From NCBI GenBank assembly GCA_000320545.1, contig ADNK01001145.1, forward strand, positions 43,336 to 107,335: 64,000 nucleotides of DNA, written 5' to 3'. This DNA is from Bigelowiella natans CCMP2755. Its lineage: Eukaryota; Protista; Cercozoa. Under the pieces are notes generated by a model that worked only from the letters and a program-made list of their open reading frames with translations, made no database searches and was not told the DNA's origin. Positions 27,095 to 38,476 of the stretch are shown piece by piece. The number at the start of each line of letters is the position of its first letter. Position 1 is the stretch's first letter. The translations under genes were made by a program, and so were the position numbers.

Positions 27095-28660
27095 TCAATC
27101 AGCTGCTTCTAATATTTGACTATCAGTAACCTCTTCAGCAGCAACACGGTTCTTCTGTGTTAACTTCCCAAACTCTCCCTGCAGAGCTTCCATGACATCC
27201 CCGCCTTCACGTTTAAAGATGCTCGTTATCCACGCCTGCATCCTCTCCTCATTGGAGATGCACTCCTTCGTTTCCGCATCAGAAGCTCCTTTCGACAGCA
27301 TGAACTTCAGCATCGTCCCTGGTGATAAGGACGCCCTGCGGACATCGAGTGAGAGCTGTCGCATCTTCTCTTCCAATCTATCAAGCTCGGCCTCCATCGC
27401 CCGCTTACGGCGGTTTATGGCTTTCGGATTGCTAGCAGCAGTCGTGTTGCTGTTTTCTGTTTTATCAGAAGACTTTTGTTCGGTGCAATTGGCGCCTCCG
27501 CTGCACAACTTCATCGCCAGCATGGCCTCTTCATAGGCTCTGTCAGGATCCCGTATCCTTTCCCATCTCGTGAACGATTTCACGTCCATTCTCTCATTGC
27601 GTGCCGTGGAGTTGGCCTCGTACTTTGTGCTGCTCTCGCCATCGATCGCCATCACATACTTCCCACCCCCCCATCCTCCATGCTCCTGGGCGAATTGCTG
27701 GTCCGATTCTATTTCTTTCCTTGATTCCTCCAAGCCCTGGTCGAGCGCGGTCTCCAGCCGTCTCTGCTTCGCGCGGTACCTCTGCATATCAAGAGTTTCC
27801 AGGTTTTCCGCCTTCAGCAACAGCACATCCGCTCTTGTTCGCACGAAGAAGACTGGGTACCGACCATCGCTGGTGATGTTCCCCACTACAATCGCCAGTT
27901 GGCTGTTAAACCTCGTTTGATTCACGAGGCCGGAGACGTAGACGTGCTGCCCCTTGCTCAATGTTTTAGGTTTTTCCGTGGCTTGCTTCCATTGCTTCAA
28001 GAGAGGGATCCTATCGCTCACATATCCCCTCGAAGGCACGAAAGGCTCATAGTTGGCGTTTTCCCCGTCGTGATATTCATTCACCAAAGTGCCTCCCTTG
28101 GGGATTCGATCCCCGTCTCTCTCCCTCCACACATCGTCGTCATCATCGTTGACATTGTCCTCGGAGGCTTCGCTTTCAGAGTTTTCGTCCTTCTTTCCAC
28201 TAGTCTGGAGCATCTCTAGTAGCTCCTCTTCCGAGGGAAGAATGTCTTTCCTCCCCTTCCTCCTCTCCACCTCTTTGCTTGAGGAGTTGCGGCCTTCGTT
28301 GTATTCATCGAGGAGGTTCTCGAATACACGGTCAACATGCTGCTGGTTGATGTCCACGCCTTGCTCACGGAGCCCTTTTATTCGCTCGAGAACTTTCTCG
28401 TAAGGGACCGGTATGACGACATTTGAGGGGATGTCGCCTGGATTCTCGAAGTTCGGTGGCAGGACATCTTCCGAAAAGCAACCTCCACGGAAAGAGAACA
28501 CCCTTCGCGTGCGAGGTCGCGCACCATTCTCTTGCCCCAGTACCGAGCTACGGATGCGCGACACCGTCGCGAGAGACGAGAATCTTACAGCCATCGAAGA
28601 AAGGAGGAAAGCACATGCACATCCGCGAAGAATCTGCCGCGCTAACGCCGTGCACCGCAT
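27095..28660 (-). CDS. Hypothetical 521-aa protein, apparently intronless, with a possible organelle-targeting leader and a small SH3/KOW-like beta module
   Basis: Single 521-codon ATG-initiated ORF with coding-like composition. N-terminus MRCTALARQILRGCACAFLLSSMAVRFSS...RRVFSFRGG. Internal segment KGQHVYVSGLVNQTRFNSQLAIVVGNITSDGRYPVFF...LLLKAENL. Confidence 0.75.
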   Translation of the reverse strand: MRCTALARQILRGCACAFLLSSMAVRFSSLATVSRIRSSVLGQENGARPRTRRVFSFRGGCFSEDVLPPNFENPGDIPSNVVIPVPYEKVLERIKGLREQGVDINQQHVDRVFENLLDEYNEGRNSSSKEVERRKGRKDILPSEEELLEMLQTSGKKDENSESEASEDNVNDDDDDVWRERDGDRIPKGGTLVNEYHDGENANYEPFVPSRGYVSDRIPLLKQWKQATEKPKTLSKGQHVYVSGLVNQTRFNSQLAIVVGNITSDGRYPVFFVRTRADVLLLKAENLETLDMQRYRAKQRRLETALDQGLEESRKEIESDQQFAQEHGGWGGGKYVMAIDGESSTKYEANSTARNERMDVKSFTRWERIRDPDRAYEEAMLAMKLCSGGANCTEQKSSDKTENSNTTAASNPKAINRRKRAMEAELDRLEEKMRQLSLDVRRASLSPGTMLKFMLSKGASDAETKECISNEERMQAWITSIFKREGGDVMEALQGEFGKLTQKNRVAAEEVTDSQILEAAD

Positions 28661-28874
28661 TTTATCGAGACATATATTTTCGATGAAGCTTATGGGAAAG
28701 ATGCGTTGGCAGGTTCACAATGAGATCTGTAGGAATCCTATTGCACTTCTGATGTTCGTAATATATTGTCGGTCTCTTAGACACTGAACACTCGCCCCCC
28801 CCTTCCCGGCATCCCAACTGAGCTGCGACCGCTGTTTGGTTCTGGTCTGTTATTAGGGTCCGTCTCTGATCAAT

Positions 28875-28901
28875 ATTTTTACGATATTCTATCGTAAAAA
28901 T
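28875..28901. promoter_or_regulatory. Perfect 11-bp inverted repeat in a divergent intergenic region
   Basis: ATTTTTACGAT-attct-ATCGTAAAAAT; function unknown. Confidence 0.35.
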
Positions 28902-29082
28902 GGATCCTTTTCTTTTCAAGAATATGAAGTTCACGATATTTTCCCGAGACATGCCCACGGGTGAACTTATTCCCTTCGCTAATTTATCGGGTGAACATCC
29001 CATTCTTTCCCCCTCTTTTTGCGCCTCCAAGCTCGTAGTTCGGCTTTTCCCTGCGACTGAGCATCACTTAGACCTCAGCGGC

Positions 29083-29555
29083 ATGACGATTTCGCGTCAT
29101 TCGTCGGCGATTTCTGCGTTATTTATATATGACGACATGGAAATCTGGTAGTAATAGACGAAAATTGCCTTACTTTATTGCCATCGCACTAACACGTAAC
29201 CAGGGCGGGGTTAAGCATCTTGATCTCCCCCCCCAGTCTGAGAAGATTGCAGCTGTTCCTGCAGTACGTTAGATCCTTGGCAGGCTATAGCAGGCGCCGA
29301 GTGGCGGCACCGATGGCGCAAAAGTCCCGGTACATGTCAACGTGCTAAGTCATGATGCTTGGCAGCCACCCTAATAGTTTGTGTATTTTCCAGTGGAAAG
29401 GGGAAGCCATGGTCGGATTACTTTGCATTTCCCTTCTGGAAGCGTTGTTCCCGCACCACCAACAAACGCATTTTCAAAAGTTTCTACAGTTTCCTCAGAT
29501 CTAACCATCGTTGGAAGATCCTCATGGTCGATAGCAAATTACACCTCACCCAACA

Positions 29556-29592
<37 letters not shown>

Positions 29593-29632
29593 GCGCGCGC
29601 GCGCGCACGCACAGGCACAATTCAGATTGAGA

Positions 29633-29726
<94 letters not shown>

Positions 29727-31800
29727 ACGTCAAGTGCTGTCACTTACCCATTAGTAAATGAAATAATTTGGTTTTCTTTGTTTAGATTGTTACCTTGCTC
29801 TCCTTCTACATTGTTGTCCGAACAGTGCGGCGCCACAGACACGGTAGGAACACACGTCAAGTAGATACAATATATCTTAGAACCCAACGCTCGCATTAAC
29901 AAACAACTCATGCAAACTGTGTAGGCCCGTCATCCGTTGTCTCACCAGCGACGCACGAAGCCCTGAATCCATTCGAGAGCGGCGGGCTCGGCGATTTACA
30001 CTGGGGTTGCTTACTCGGCAAGGAGAAGCACCACAACATGACCCTCGCTCAATCCTCCACCATACCGCGGTTCTCGATGTGGATAATGCAGACATTTTTA
30101 GATCCGATGATCAGCGCACAGCTACAACTCACCGGGGCGTTCGACCTTCACGTCCTAGCGGCCATTTCTCGCACCGTACAAGCGGAATGCGCCCTCTCCA
30201 TGCCCGTTGAGGCAAATCCACTCGTCATAGACGTCGGTGCGAACGTAGGCTTCTTCTCTCTATACATGGCAAGTCAAGGCTGTCAAGTACTTGCTTTCGA
30301 GCCTCAGGAAAGCTTGATGGACCCCATCAAGACCTCCACGTGTCTCAACGGTCTCAACCGCCGTATGAATATTAAAAACGCGGCTTTAGCAGCGACGAAC
30401 GATGGAGAGGAGACTGAGCTGTACTATGATGGATGGAACGTCGGTGACGCAAGGCTCGCCCACTCGTGTGAGAAGGCAGGCGGTAAGACAGAGAGCAAGA
30501 ATGTTACGTTGCGTGCATGAACAAGGCGAGGCTGGAGCTGCGAGAGGGTGCCATGCGCGTGCATATGCATGTGCGTGAAAGTGAAATATAATGAGTTTCT
30601 AAGCTCTGAAATTCAACTCGTCTATCCTCTATATTTTTGCCTTTTCGTCATATTTGTGCTCTTTCCCTCCCCCTCTTCGTGGCACTTCCTAGGATACACA
30701 AGGTGTCAGCAAGTGGACTCTATCGTGCAGCTGGACGATGTGATACCGGAGAGAGAGCAGATTTTACTGATGAAAATTGACGTCTCTGGCATGGAGAGCT
30801 CGGTGCTGCGATCGATGGAAAGACTATTGGCCAGTCAAAGTGTGTACCACATCGTTCTCAACTACAACCCGGCCTTCATCGGCGCCCAAGAGTCAGTGAG
30901 CATTCTGGAGAAGCTGCATAACTATGGCTACTCGATTTTCTACCTCCCATTCAAACAGAAAGGTATGCACACGACGTGTTCTTGAGGGGGGTGAGGAGGG
31001 GGGTGGTGTGGTAGAACAATGAACATTCTCGAAAAAAGATAAATGTGACGAGTACAACTAATAATTTACAAGAATCTGCTTCAAACCCTGTAATACCGAA
31101 TGCATGGGAAGTAATTTCGCTATTGTAGCAATGATTATACGTGTCACTCCAGTCTTCATTCTTTTGCTATTCGTATCATATGGAGGGAAATTCGTCTAGC
31201 ACCAAAGAAAGCTGAGCGAAAATCTATTTGTTTTAAGCTGGTTATTTTGATGATCAGGGGTTTCGCGGAGGAAAATCCCGACACCTCACTTCAAGGATAC
31301 TCTGCATCTTTGGGCGATAGATTCTCTCACACGCCCAGATGCGCCTCAGACCGTGCAAGTAATGCGCATACCTGAAGAGGCATTCTCGTGTTTCCCGTCG
31401 CTCCTGAAAGCAGGGAAAGTAGAAGGGGGACGAAAGTTTGGAGATTTGTTTGTTCTCCCGCATCATCGCGTGCCGAATATGTTCGGGGGTAGAGCAGAGA
31501 TTCTCTCAACAGTCTCATGTGACTCCTCGCGGTGGTAAGCAAGCAGCTATGCGTAGACTAAATCCCTCATTTCCAGAGTCTCTTCTTCGATTTTCTAGAG
31601 TGGGGATATTTCTTCAAAACAGCTGTTCAGAGCTGTCAGATATGGTACGATTCACCAGTCTAAGGTTGGCCAGGTATCTACTCGCTATGGATCTGGTCAC
31701 GATGCTAAATTTGGCTGGTATTATATGTGTACGAAACGCGATGATGACGCCCGTAGCAATGCTAGCATGACTACGAGTGAAACGGCAACGTAACGGCAAC
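29083..31800 (+). CDS. FkbM family SAM-dependent methyltransferase; multi-exon, ends uncertain
   Basis: Core (about 29927-30962): LVIDVGANVGFFSLYMASQGCQVLAFEPQ, LNGLNRRMNIKNAAL, VQLDDVIP, ILLMKIDVSGMESSVLRSMERLL. These are canonical FkbM/Methyltransf_21 motifs; the usual KIDVEG reads KIDVSG here. Confidence 0.85.
29559..29724. repeat. (TC)n, (CG)n and long (GA)n microsatellite cluster in an FkbM gene intron
   Basis: (TC)n about 29559-29588, (CG)n about 29592-29606, (GA)n about 29629-29724. Confidence 0.95.
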
Positions 31801-32226
31801 GTAACACCGATGATCAGACGCAAAAAAGGGCGCTTCTGAATGTGCTCTGCTGCTGTAGCTCCTAGAGCGCTGCGCACTTTCGTCTTGGCTGGTCATCGCC
31901 GACCGACAGCAGACTCTGCCTGCCGACATGCATTCTTTGCGCGTGCAGGCTGCGCTGTGGCCTCATCAAGCATGATTCGATCTGCGAGCACTGCCCGTGA
32001 CAGTGGATGGCCAGTCTTCAAAAGCCCACGCGTAGCGTTGTGAAACATGTTTCATTTGGTGGCATTTTCTGTTGCTGCAACAATGACAAGCCGCGTGCGC
32101 CGCATTAGCGCCGCTAGCTTCGATTGTCAAGCAAACCAAAAAATGGCGATGAAGGACAAGACTGGATGCACGAATGAAAAATTTCCACGGGAAGGATCAC
32201 GCTCATGCTGACTCAAAGGAGAAAGA

Positions 32227-33720
32227 ATGACGTGCATAGCAGCGGTGCGACCGACTAGACACTTGGAAAACAAATCAAGCGCTAAACTTCCCATCCTTCT
32301 TGTCGCACTTTGCGAAATGGATTCATCTTTCACCAACCGACGACCGACACACCACGCCAGGAAATGCCCATCGACTAGAGGCATGCCACGATCGAAACCA
32401 TGGTTCCTGCTCGTGGCTTTGGTGTACTGGGACGCTCAGAAGACGTCCAGATGCCACGCTAGTCCCGGTCATGGCGAGGACGCTGGGAAATGCATGGGCG
32501 TGGGTGATTTGGCCGATGAGAACTGCCCACTGCATCCTGAGCGTTTGCCACTGATCAATATCTCCGCACTCCTTGATGGAAGACACAACGAGAGCGTCTT
32601 CTCTTCGGAGGCTGCGCGCTTGACGGTATCTGCCATTGGTTCAGCTTGTCGGTCCGAGGGTTTTTTTTACATCACAGGCACAGGGGTTGACAAAAAGCTC
32701 GTTGCCCGTGTTGAGACCGCCGCTCGGGCCTTCTTCGCGCTACCGATCTCGACGAAGCAAAAGATAAGCATGGAGCATGGGGGCAAGGCCTGGCGAGGAT
32801 ATTTTCCAGTAGGAGGCGAGCTTACAAGTGGAAAAGCAGATGCCAAGGAGGGTTTGTACATAGGTGAGGATCTGCCGCCCTCTGATTCGCGTCCCCTGCA
32901 CGGCCGCAATCTCTTGCCTTCCGACACCGATGGAGAAAATCTTTCGACTTTCCGAGAAGATATCAACACGTACATGGGAGAGATGAAGAAAGTAGCGGAA
33001 ATTTTGGTGAAAGCGATTGCAATTACGCTTGGGCTCCGACCTGACGGGCTTGAGCACATCTTCCGACCGACCGCGACACAGCTCTTCCGCATCTTTCAGT
33101 ATCCCCCAGTTGCCATTGCTTCCGACATTCTCTTTTCCAACAAGAAATCGCCACCTCTATCACCAGAAAAACCATCGCCTTCAACCCCCCCACCGTTATC
33201 AAAGCCCCCCGCGTCGTCTCGACTGTGGGGTGTTGGGAAGCACTCTGACTATGGGATGTTAACCATTCTCCACCAAGATCATGTTGGAGGACTCGAAGTC
33301 GAGGGCCTAGGCGGAGATGGAATGTGGATTGAGGCCCCGCCAATTGCGGAGTCATTCGTGGTCAATCTAGGCGATATGCTGGAACGAATCACCCGAGGAC
33401 GCCTGCGTGCCACGCCACACAGAGTGCGCAGCAGCGAAACACACACGCGCATATCGATGCCTTATTTTTATGATCCTGGTTGGGATGTTATCGTCGAGCC
33501 CTTACATCTACCAAATATTGACGAAGAAGATGAGGATGTAGAGGAGTTGAATGCGGAGAGGACTGTAATGAGGCAAGATGCGGACGATGCATCGTCGCGG
33601 CAAAAGCGCTGGGATAATAGAGATATGGTGTCTGAGGCAAGCAGACCTTATGGGGAAGTATTGGTGGAAAGGGTTGCTAAGGTTTTCCCAAACTTGTTCA
33701 GTGATGTAATGCCTACTTGA
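32227..33720 (+). CDS. 2-oxoglutarate/Fe(II)-dependent oxygenase, isopenicillin N synthase family; intronless
   Basis: 497-aa ORF with LPLINIS, ACRSEGFFYITGTGV, WRGYFPVGGELTSGKADAKEG, the HxD metal motif (KHSDYGMLTIL), FVVNLGDMLE, the distal His (TPHRVR) and RxS (RISMPYFYDP). The true start may be the ATG at 32383. Confidence 0.92.
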   Translation: MTCIAAVRPTRHLENKSSAKLPILLVALCEMDSSFTNRRPTHHARKCPSTRGMPRSKPWFLLVALVYWDAQKTSRCHASPGHGEDAGKCMGVGDLADENCPLHPERLPLINISALLDGRHNESVFSSEAARLTVSAIGSACRSEGFFYITGTGVDKKLVARVETAARAFFALPISTKQKISMEHGGKAWRGYFPVGGELTSGKADAKEGLYIGEDLPPSDSRPLHGRNLLPSDTDGENLSTFREDINTYMGEMKKVAEILVKAIAITLGLRPDGLEHIFRPTATQLFRIFQYPPVAIASDILFSNKKSPPLSPEKPSPSTPPPLSKPPASSRLWGVGKHSDYGMLTILHQDHVGGLEVEGLGGDGMWIEAPPIAESFVVNLGDMLERITRGRLRATPHRVRSSETHTRISMPYFYDPGWDVIVEPLHLPNIDEEDEDVEELNAERTVMRQDADDASSRQKRWDNRDMVSEASRPYGEVLVERVAKVFPNLFSDVMPT

Positions 33721-34216
33721 TAAAGTATGCAGATAATGAATCGCGGTTTGCGAAGATGTTATGAATGGTCAGATAGCTGACACGTGCGCATGTTCAGATG
33801 TACATCACTAGATCATGCAATTACGACTGCAACTAGCTATAACCCATTCTAGTATTGCATGACTGTATTGTAGCGCTACTCACACCAAGTCACATGGTGC
33901 GTATGAAGCGTTGTATCGCATGTTAACAGCAGCTCAAGCTAGCAAGTCGCACGCGCTCATACTGTGCTACCGAGTTGAGTTGAAGGAAGAAGTGTTCATA
34001 AGTACAATGATGTCACTTCTGCCAGATAGCGGTCATACGTGCTAGCGTGTGCAATAAGGGCATTACATTAATGTACCTACTGCATCGATGCTATACTGCT
34101 GCACTGTCCACGAACGTTGTAAATATTAGAATAACCAGCACGCGAGATGCGGAAATTTTATACAACTGATTTTTACAATTAACTGAGCTTGGTGAGCCAG
34201 GCTAGCAAAGGCGCCA

Positions 34217-36282
34217 TCAATAACATGCCTGTTCATTTTTTTGGGAAATCATAGGTACGCTATCAAAGCTGTAATCGGCTTCTATGTCAGCGGTGCCAGA
34301 CACATTGGATGAAGCTTTTTGCTCAGCTTGATGTTCCGCGTTGTAGAGTCCCCCGCTAGTGGCAGAGGAGGATCTTCGACTCCCAGCGGTGTAATCAATC
34401 TCGTCTTCGCTGCAGTTAATGATACTTCCGCTTGCATCTGTCGTATCCCTGCGCATGTTTTTGGCTGAATCGATTGTATTTGTATTTGCCACCAGTGTCG
34501 GAGGTGCAGAGAGTGATCGATCTGGTGTGACAGCTCCTAAAAGCGCTCCCATTGCCCCGAAATACCCCCCCCGCGCCATAAATAGCGGCAGTACTTGTCC
34601 CTGGGAACGCTTTGCTACCATGTACGCGATTCTTGCTTCAGCTTCTACATTCCCTGTCAGAAAGTTCCCAGTAAATACGATGTGTTCCGGGTGGTAGATC
34701 CTCGAGTAAAGGAACGCCGTAGTGGCGATGCTATAGGTCACGAGTTTGAGTAGAGCGGCCATGAGATTCTCCCTCCTCATTTCATCTGCTGTTGTATTCT
34801 GCTGAAGCTCTTCTGCTGAAAAGCGAGCCTAGTGGTAAGTTTAGGATGAGACGACTTTTTGTTTGTTTGATAGACAACAACGAGATTCTTCCTTTCTATC
34901 TCTTTTACTTTCTAGGCAATTTATCTCGTTCGATCCTTACCAATGCCCTTTATCACATTGACCCTCCCTACTGTCTATTCTTCTATTGCAGCAGTTAGCA
35001 ATTGCTACCATCTTGCCGAAGAACGCCGCAATCGCATCTTCCGGAAGGCCGAGATCTGAATAGTGGCCACCATAGATGTCTCCAACTAGAAGATCGACCT
35101 TGGTGGAATCGCCTTTCCTCGCTAGAGCCAGGGCCTCGTCAAAACTCACAGGACCTGCAATCAACTTCGCAAGCCCCAAGAATGTGCCCCCCCCCAAAGA
35201 GGACCCCCCCACTCGCTTATATTCGTCCGCTGTTTCCATTAAGAGAACGCTGACTCCAGATCCTACATTGACGATGAGCCTTGGGTATCGATCTGCAGCA
35301 CCAACGTCTAGAAACCTGCAATGGATGATTGCGCAATTATATAGGGATAGCAAATTAGCACCGGCGATGAAGAACACGGAAATAAACTAAAGGAAGAATA
35401 ACAATTATGTAACATAAGTAAAGTCTCTTCAATCTGTACATTCATTCATTGGGCAGAATTCTGAGCTCATGCTGAATATTTGGACAGAAAGGCCTGTTCA
35501 ATACTATCTAAGCCTAGAGAACGATACCCAGTGACAAAAGATAAACAATAGCAATCCATCATGATACACGATTCATCACCATCATTTCCTACTTACAATC
35601 TCTCCGGTGTCCCTTCTTCCTGCCTCAGCTTGAACGTATAGATTGACTTCGGAACATTCTGGATGAGAAACGATACGCCTGTAACCAAAGAGTGCATCTC
35701 ATCGACCTTGTGCCAGCCTTCATGATGTAACTGCTGTTGAAACTCCTTGCTGAAGCGAAAGGCCCCCCCGCCCGTGCAGCCGATTGCCGCCCCCGGGGAG
35801 ATGAGCTTCTCCTTGCGTAGGATAGCGAGCGCGTTGGACGTTCGAGAGGTTTCGTATTTCAGAAACATTATGCGCACTCCATCGTGGACAAAGTCATAGG
35901 CTGCATCGCGCCGGCCAGTCCTCCCATACGTGTCGGAGTGGTTCAGAAAGGCCTGCAGCCGTTTCGCCTGCTTTGAGTCGGAGCAGCACACTGCAATTTT
36001 AGAAAGTGTTCCTCCGATATCGATACCCGCCATTACACCCACGCTTGGAAAGGCAGGAAGCTTGATACTCTTCTCTATTTTTAAGGAGAGTGGGGTCGGC
36101 TGACTTTTGGACCTTCGGTACAAATACCGACGATTCTCCTGCTTCCAGTCCCCTACGCTCTTTCTTTCGACTGCGGCCTTCCTACGATTTCCAACCTGCC
36201 CCTCGCTCTTGCTGTCTTTGTTGCAACAGCGCAGCAGAGTGTATCCTAGGGCTATTCCGAGGGAGAAAGGGAGGGCAGCCAT
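34217..36282 (-). CDS. PANK: Type II (eukaryotic/fumble) pantothenate kinase; multi-exon
   Basis: GIDIGGTLSKI, GCTGGGAFRF, DEMHSLVTGVSFL, YPRLIVNVGSGVS, RVGGSSLGGGTFLGL, GDSTKVDLLVGDIYG, IVFTGNFL, GYFGAMGALL. Confidence 0.95.
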
Positions 36283-36704
36283 TAAAGCACCTGGTCTCCG
36301 AGTACAGGTAACACGAAATTACGTGAAATCATGGAAATGGATGTGTATTTTCTCTTTTCAAAAGAAAATGGTTGTCGCAGGTTAGAATTCTCCCATGACC
36401 ATCAATGGGCTTTGAGGAATCGCGAGCTAACTGTCGTTTTCTACCCAAAAAATGCTAGAATGACCTGATCCATCAAAATTTCGCCTCCCAATCAGCTTTT
36501 CGAAAAAAGAAAATAGCCATTTTGCATTTGTCGCAGATTGATGAAAATTGGTGTTTTTGTAGCTTAAAATGTTATGGAAATATGTCGCAGCATCGAAAAC
36601 GGATTGCGGAAATGCGAACTTTGAATTTTTCAAATCCTACACCCTCTCCTCTGGGGGGGGAAGCTACTGTAGCAGTACCGTTGCTTGCTTGGAATGAGGC
36701 GATC

Positions 36705-38476
36705 ATGGCCGTAATTTGCGGATCTATGCAATGGCTACTGATTATAGCCATGTGTGGAGGGGCAGTAAGGATAACTCATCCATCGCAACCGTTGGAGAGC
36801 AAGAAGGGAGCTCAGCATCTTAGTCCCTCTTGGTCTCGAGATACGTGGCTTCAGAACCCCAGGATGCCGCCTGCTCACGACCTCATACCCACCTCAGAAT
36901 TTGGAAATATATTCTCGATAAAGCTTAGTCAGGTTGCCTTCTTCTTAAAATGCGGTCGTGTCGGCTTGATGAGCTTTGTGTTGTTGCTACTCAGCACCTC
37001 GATGAGGCGTGGCGTGCGAAGGCTGGGCCAGAAATTCAATTAGCTGGAGAAAAGGAAAATGCAGCAGCCACTTTCACGAACAAATCCTATCGTGGCATTA
37101 CGTATTCTAAGAGGAACAACTCCTCGAAAGCTAGCATCGATAAGGAAGACAGAAATGCATATCAGGATGGGAACGGATTTCGGTTTAAGGCTTCACGATC
37201 TGGCTCGTCGCTGTCCTCGTCCTTGTCAAATACCAAGCCCCAAGAGCCTCCAAAGTCAGATACTATTCACAGCAGTAGTTTCATTTTCACAGCAACTACT
37301 CTCTTATGAGCAATACTAGCTTCTCACTATGCTAACTCTCGCTCCTACCCCCCTCCTTCCCGTAGATGGAAGCCTGTTGTCTCTTGTATCAAGTCCACGA
37401 CTGGCTATGACGGAGTACCATCGAAAGAGCCGCCTACAGGTAGCATCACTAAACAAAAGCACAACGCCCAACTTAAAGCGCACCTAGACATTCATGTGAT
37501 ATTTTTGATAAAGGAGAGATAATATTTCGTCTGTGAGACAACGCAAAACTATAAAGGGCCATACGCGAGATTAGATTAAAAATTGAGGCTGAATTTGAAA
37601 TTTAGTTTATGGATACGTTCATCCCGACGCGGTGTATACTTATGCGGAGGTAGGAATGGCATGAGTGGAGATTGTATTGTTATTGTTGCTGCACTGAATT
37701 AGGAGTAGTAGCAGCAATAATGCACTCAAAAGAATGAGTTTGTTCGCATGCACGCAAACAATGAACAAGATTCAATTTCATTTTAAGTTTTGTATTGCTC
37801 GCACGAATCGGCGACAGCAGCAACTTACCTCCGAACTGCTGCCGCGCATCGAATGAACGTCGCATTTGGGTGTTTCTTTATAAAGGGGTACAAACCAGAG
37901 CACGGCTGGTATTACAAAGACGCGAAATGTAGCAAGGACCTCCGCAAATGGTACGGCCCCGCTAAAGTCGCATCGAGAAACAGCGATTGATCAATATCCC
38001 CCCATGTCCGCCACCACCACCACTGTGTGTTTAGGGTTGAGAAGTGTGCGATGGAAAAGGCGAAGTCGAGCTCCGCGTACAAGACGAAGCCGGACACGAA
38101 GGTAGGCCAATGATCGCGACTGCAGCACAATCGATCGACCCGGAACATATCGTTCAAAAGAGGGAAAAAAATACCCCAGTTTTTTCCCTCAGTCGTTCTT
38201 GATTTGCGACTATTTCACGGAGATATGTTGGAAAGCGCAATTTCCGATCCTCTCCATCCTTGCATCCTTAACATATCTTGCGTTTTAGGACGTGGACAAA
38301 ATCTATCCCGAGAAGAAAAAGGACAGGGGGGGCAATATGGTACGTATCATGTTTATCAAAACCAAGTATTTTACGAGAACGATGGGGGAGAAGATGTAGA
38401 GAAAGGACAGTCAAAAGAAGCAACAATGAAAGCTAAAGCTGAGCAAAAAAGAAGCACAAGAAACGATGAACTCTAG
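36705..38476 (+). CDS. Hypothetical multi-exon protein, possibly secretory/ER (signal-like N-terminus, C-terminal NDEL)
   Basis: Candidate first exon MAVICGSMQWLLIIAMCGGA|gtaagg. Several GT-AG-bounded coding-like blocks follow (e.g. GYKPEHGWYYKDAKCSKDLRKW). The last ORF ends ...KRSTRNDEL*. Exon structure is unresolved. Confidence 0.4.
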
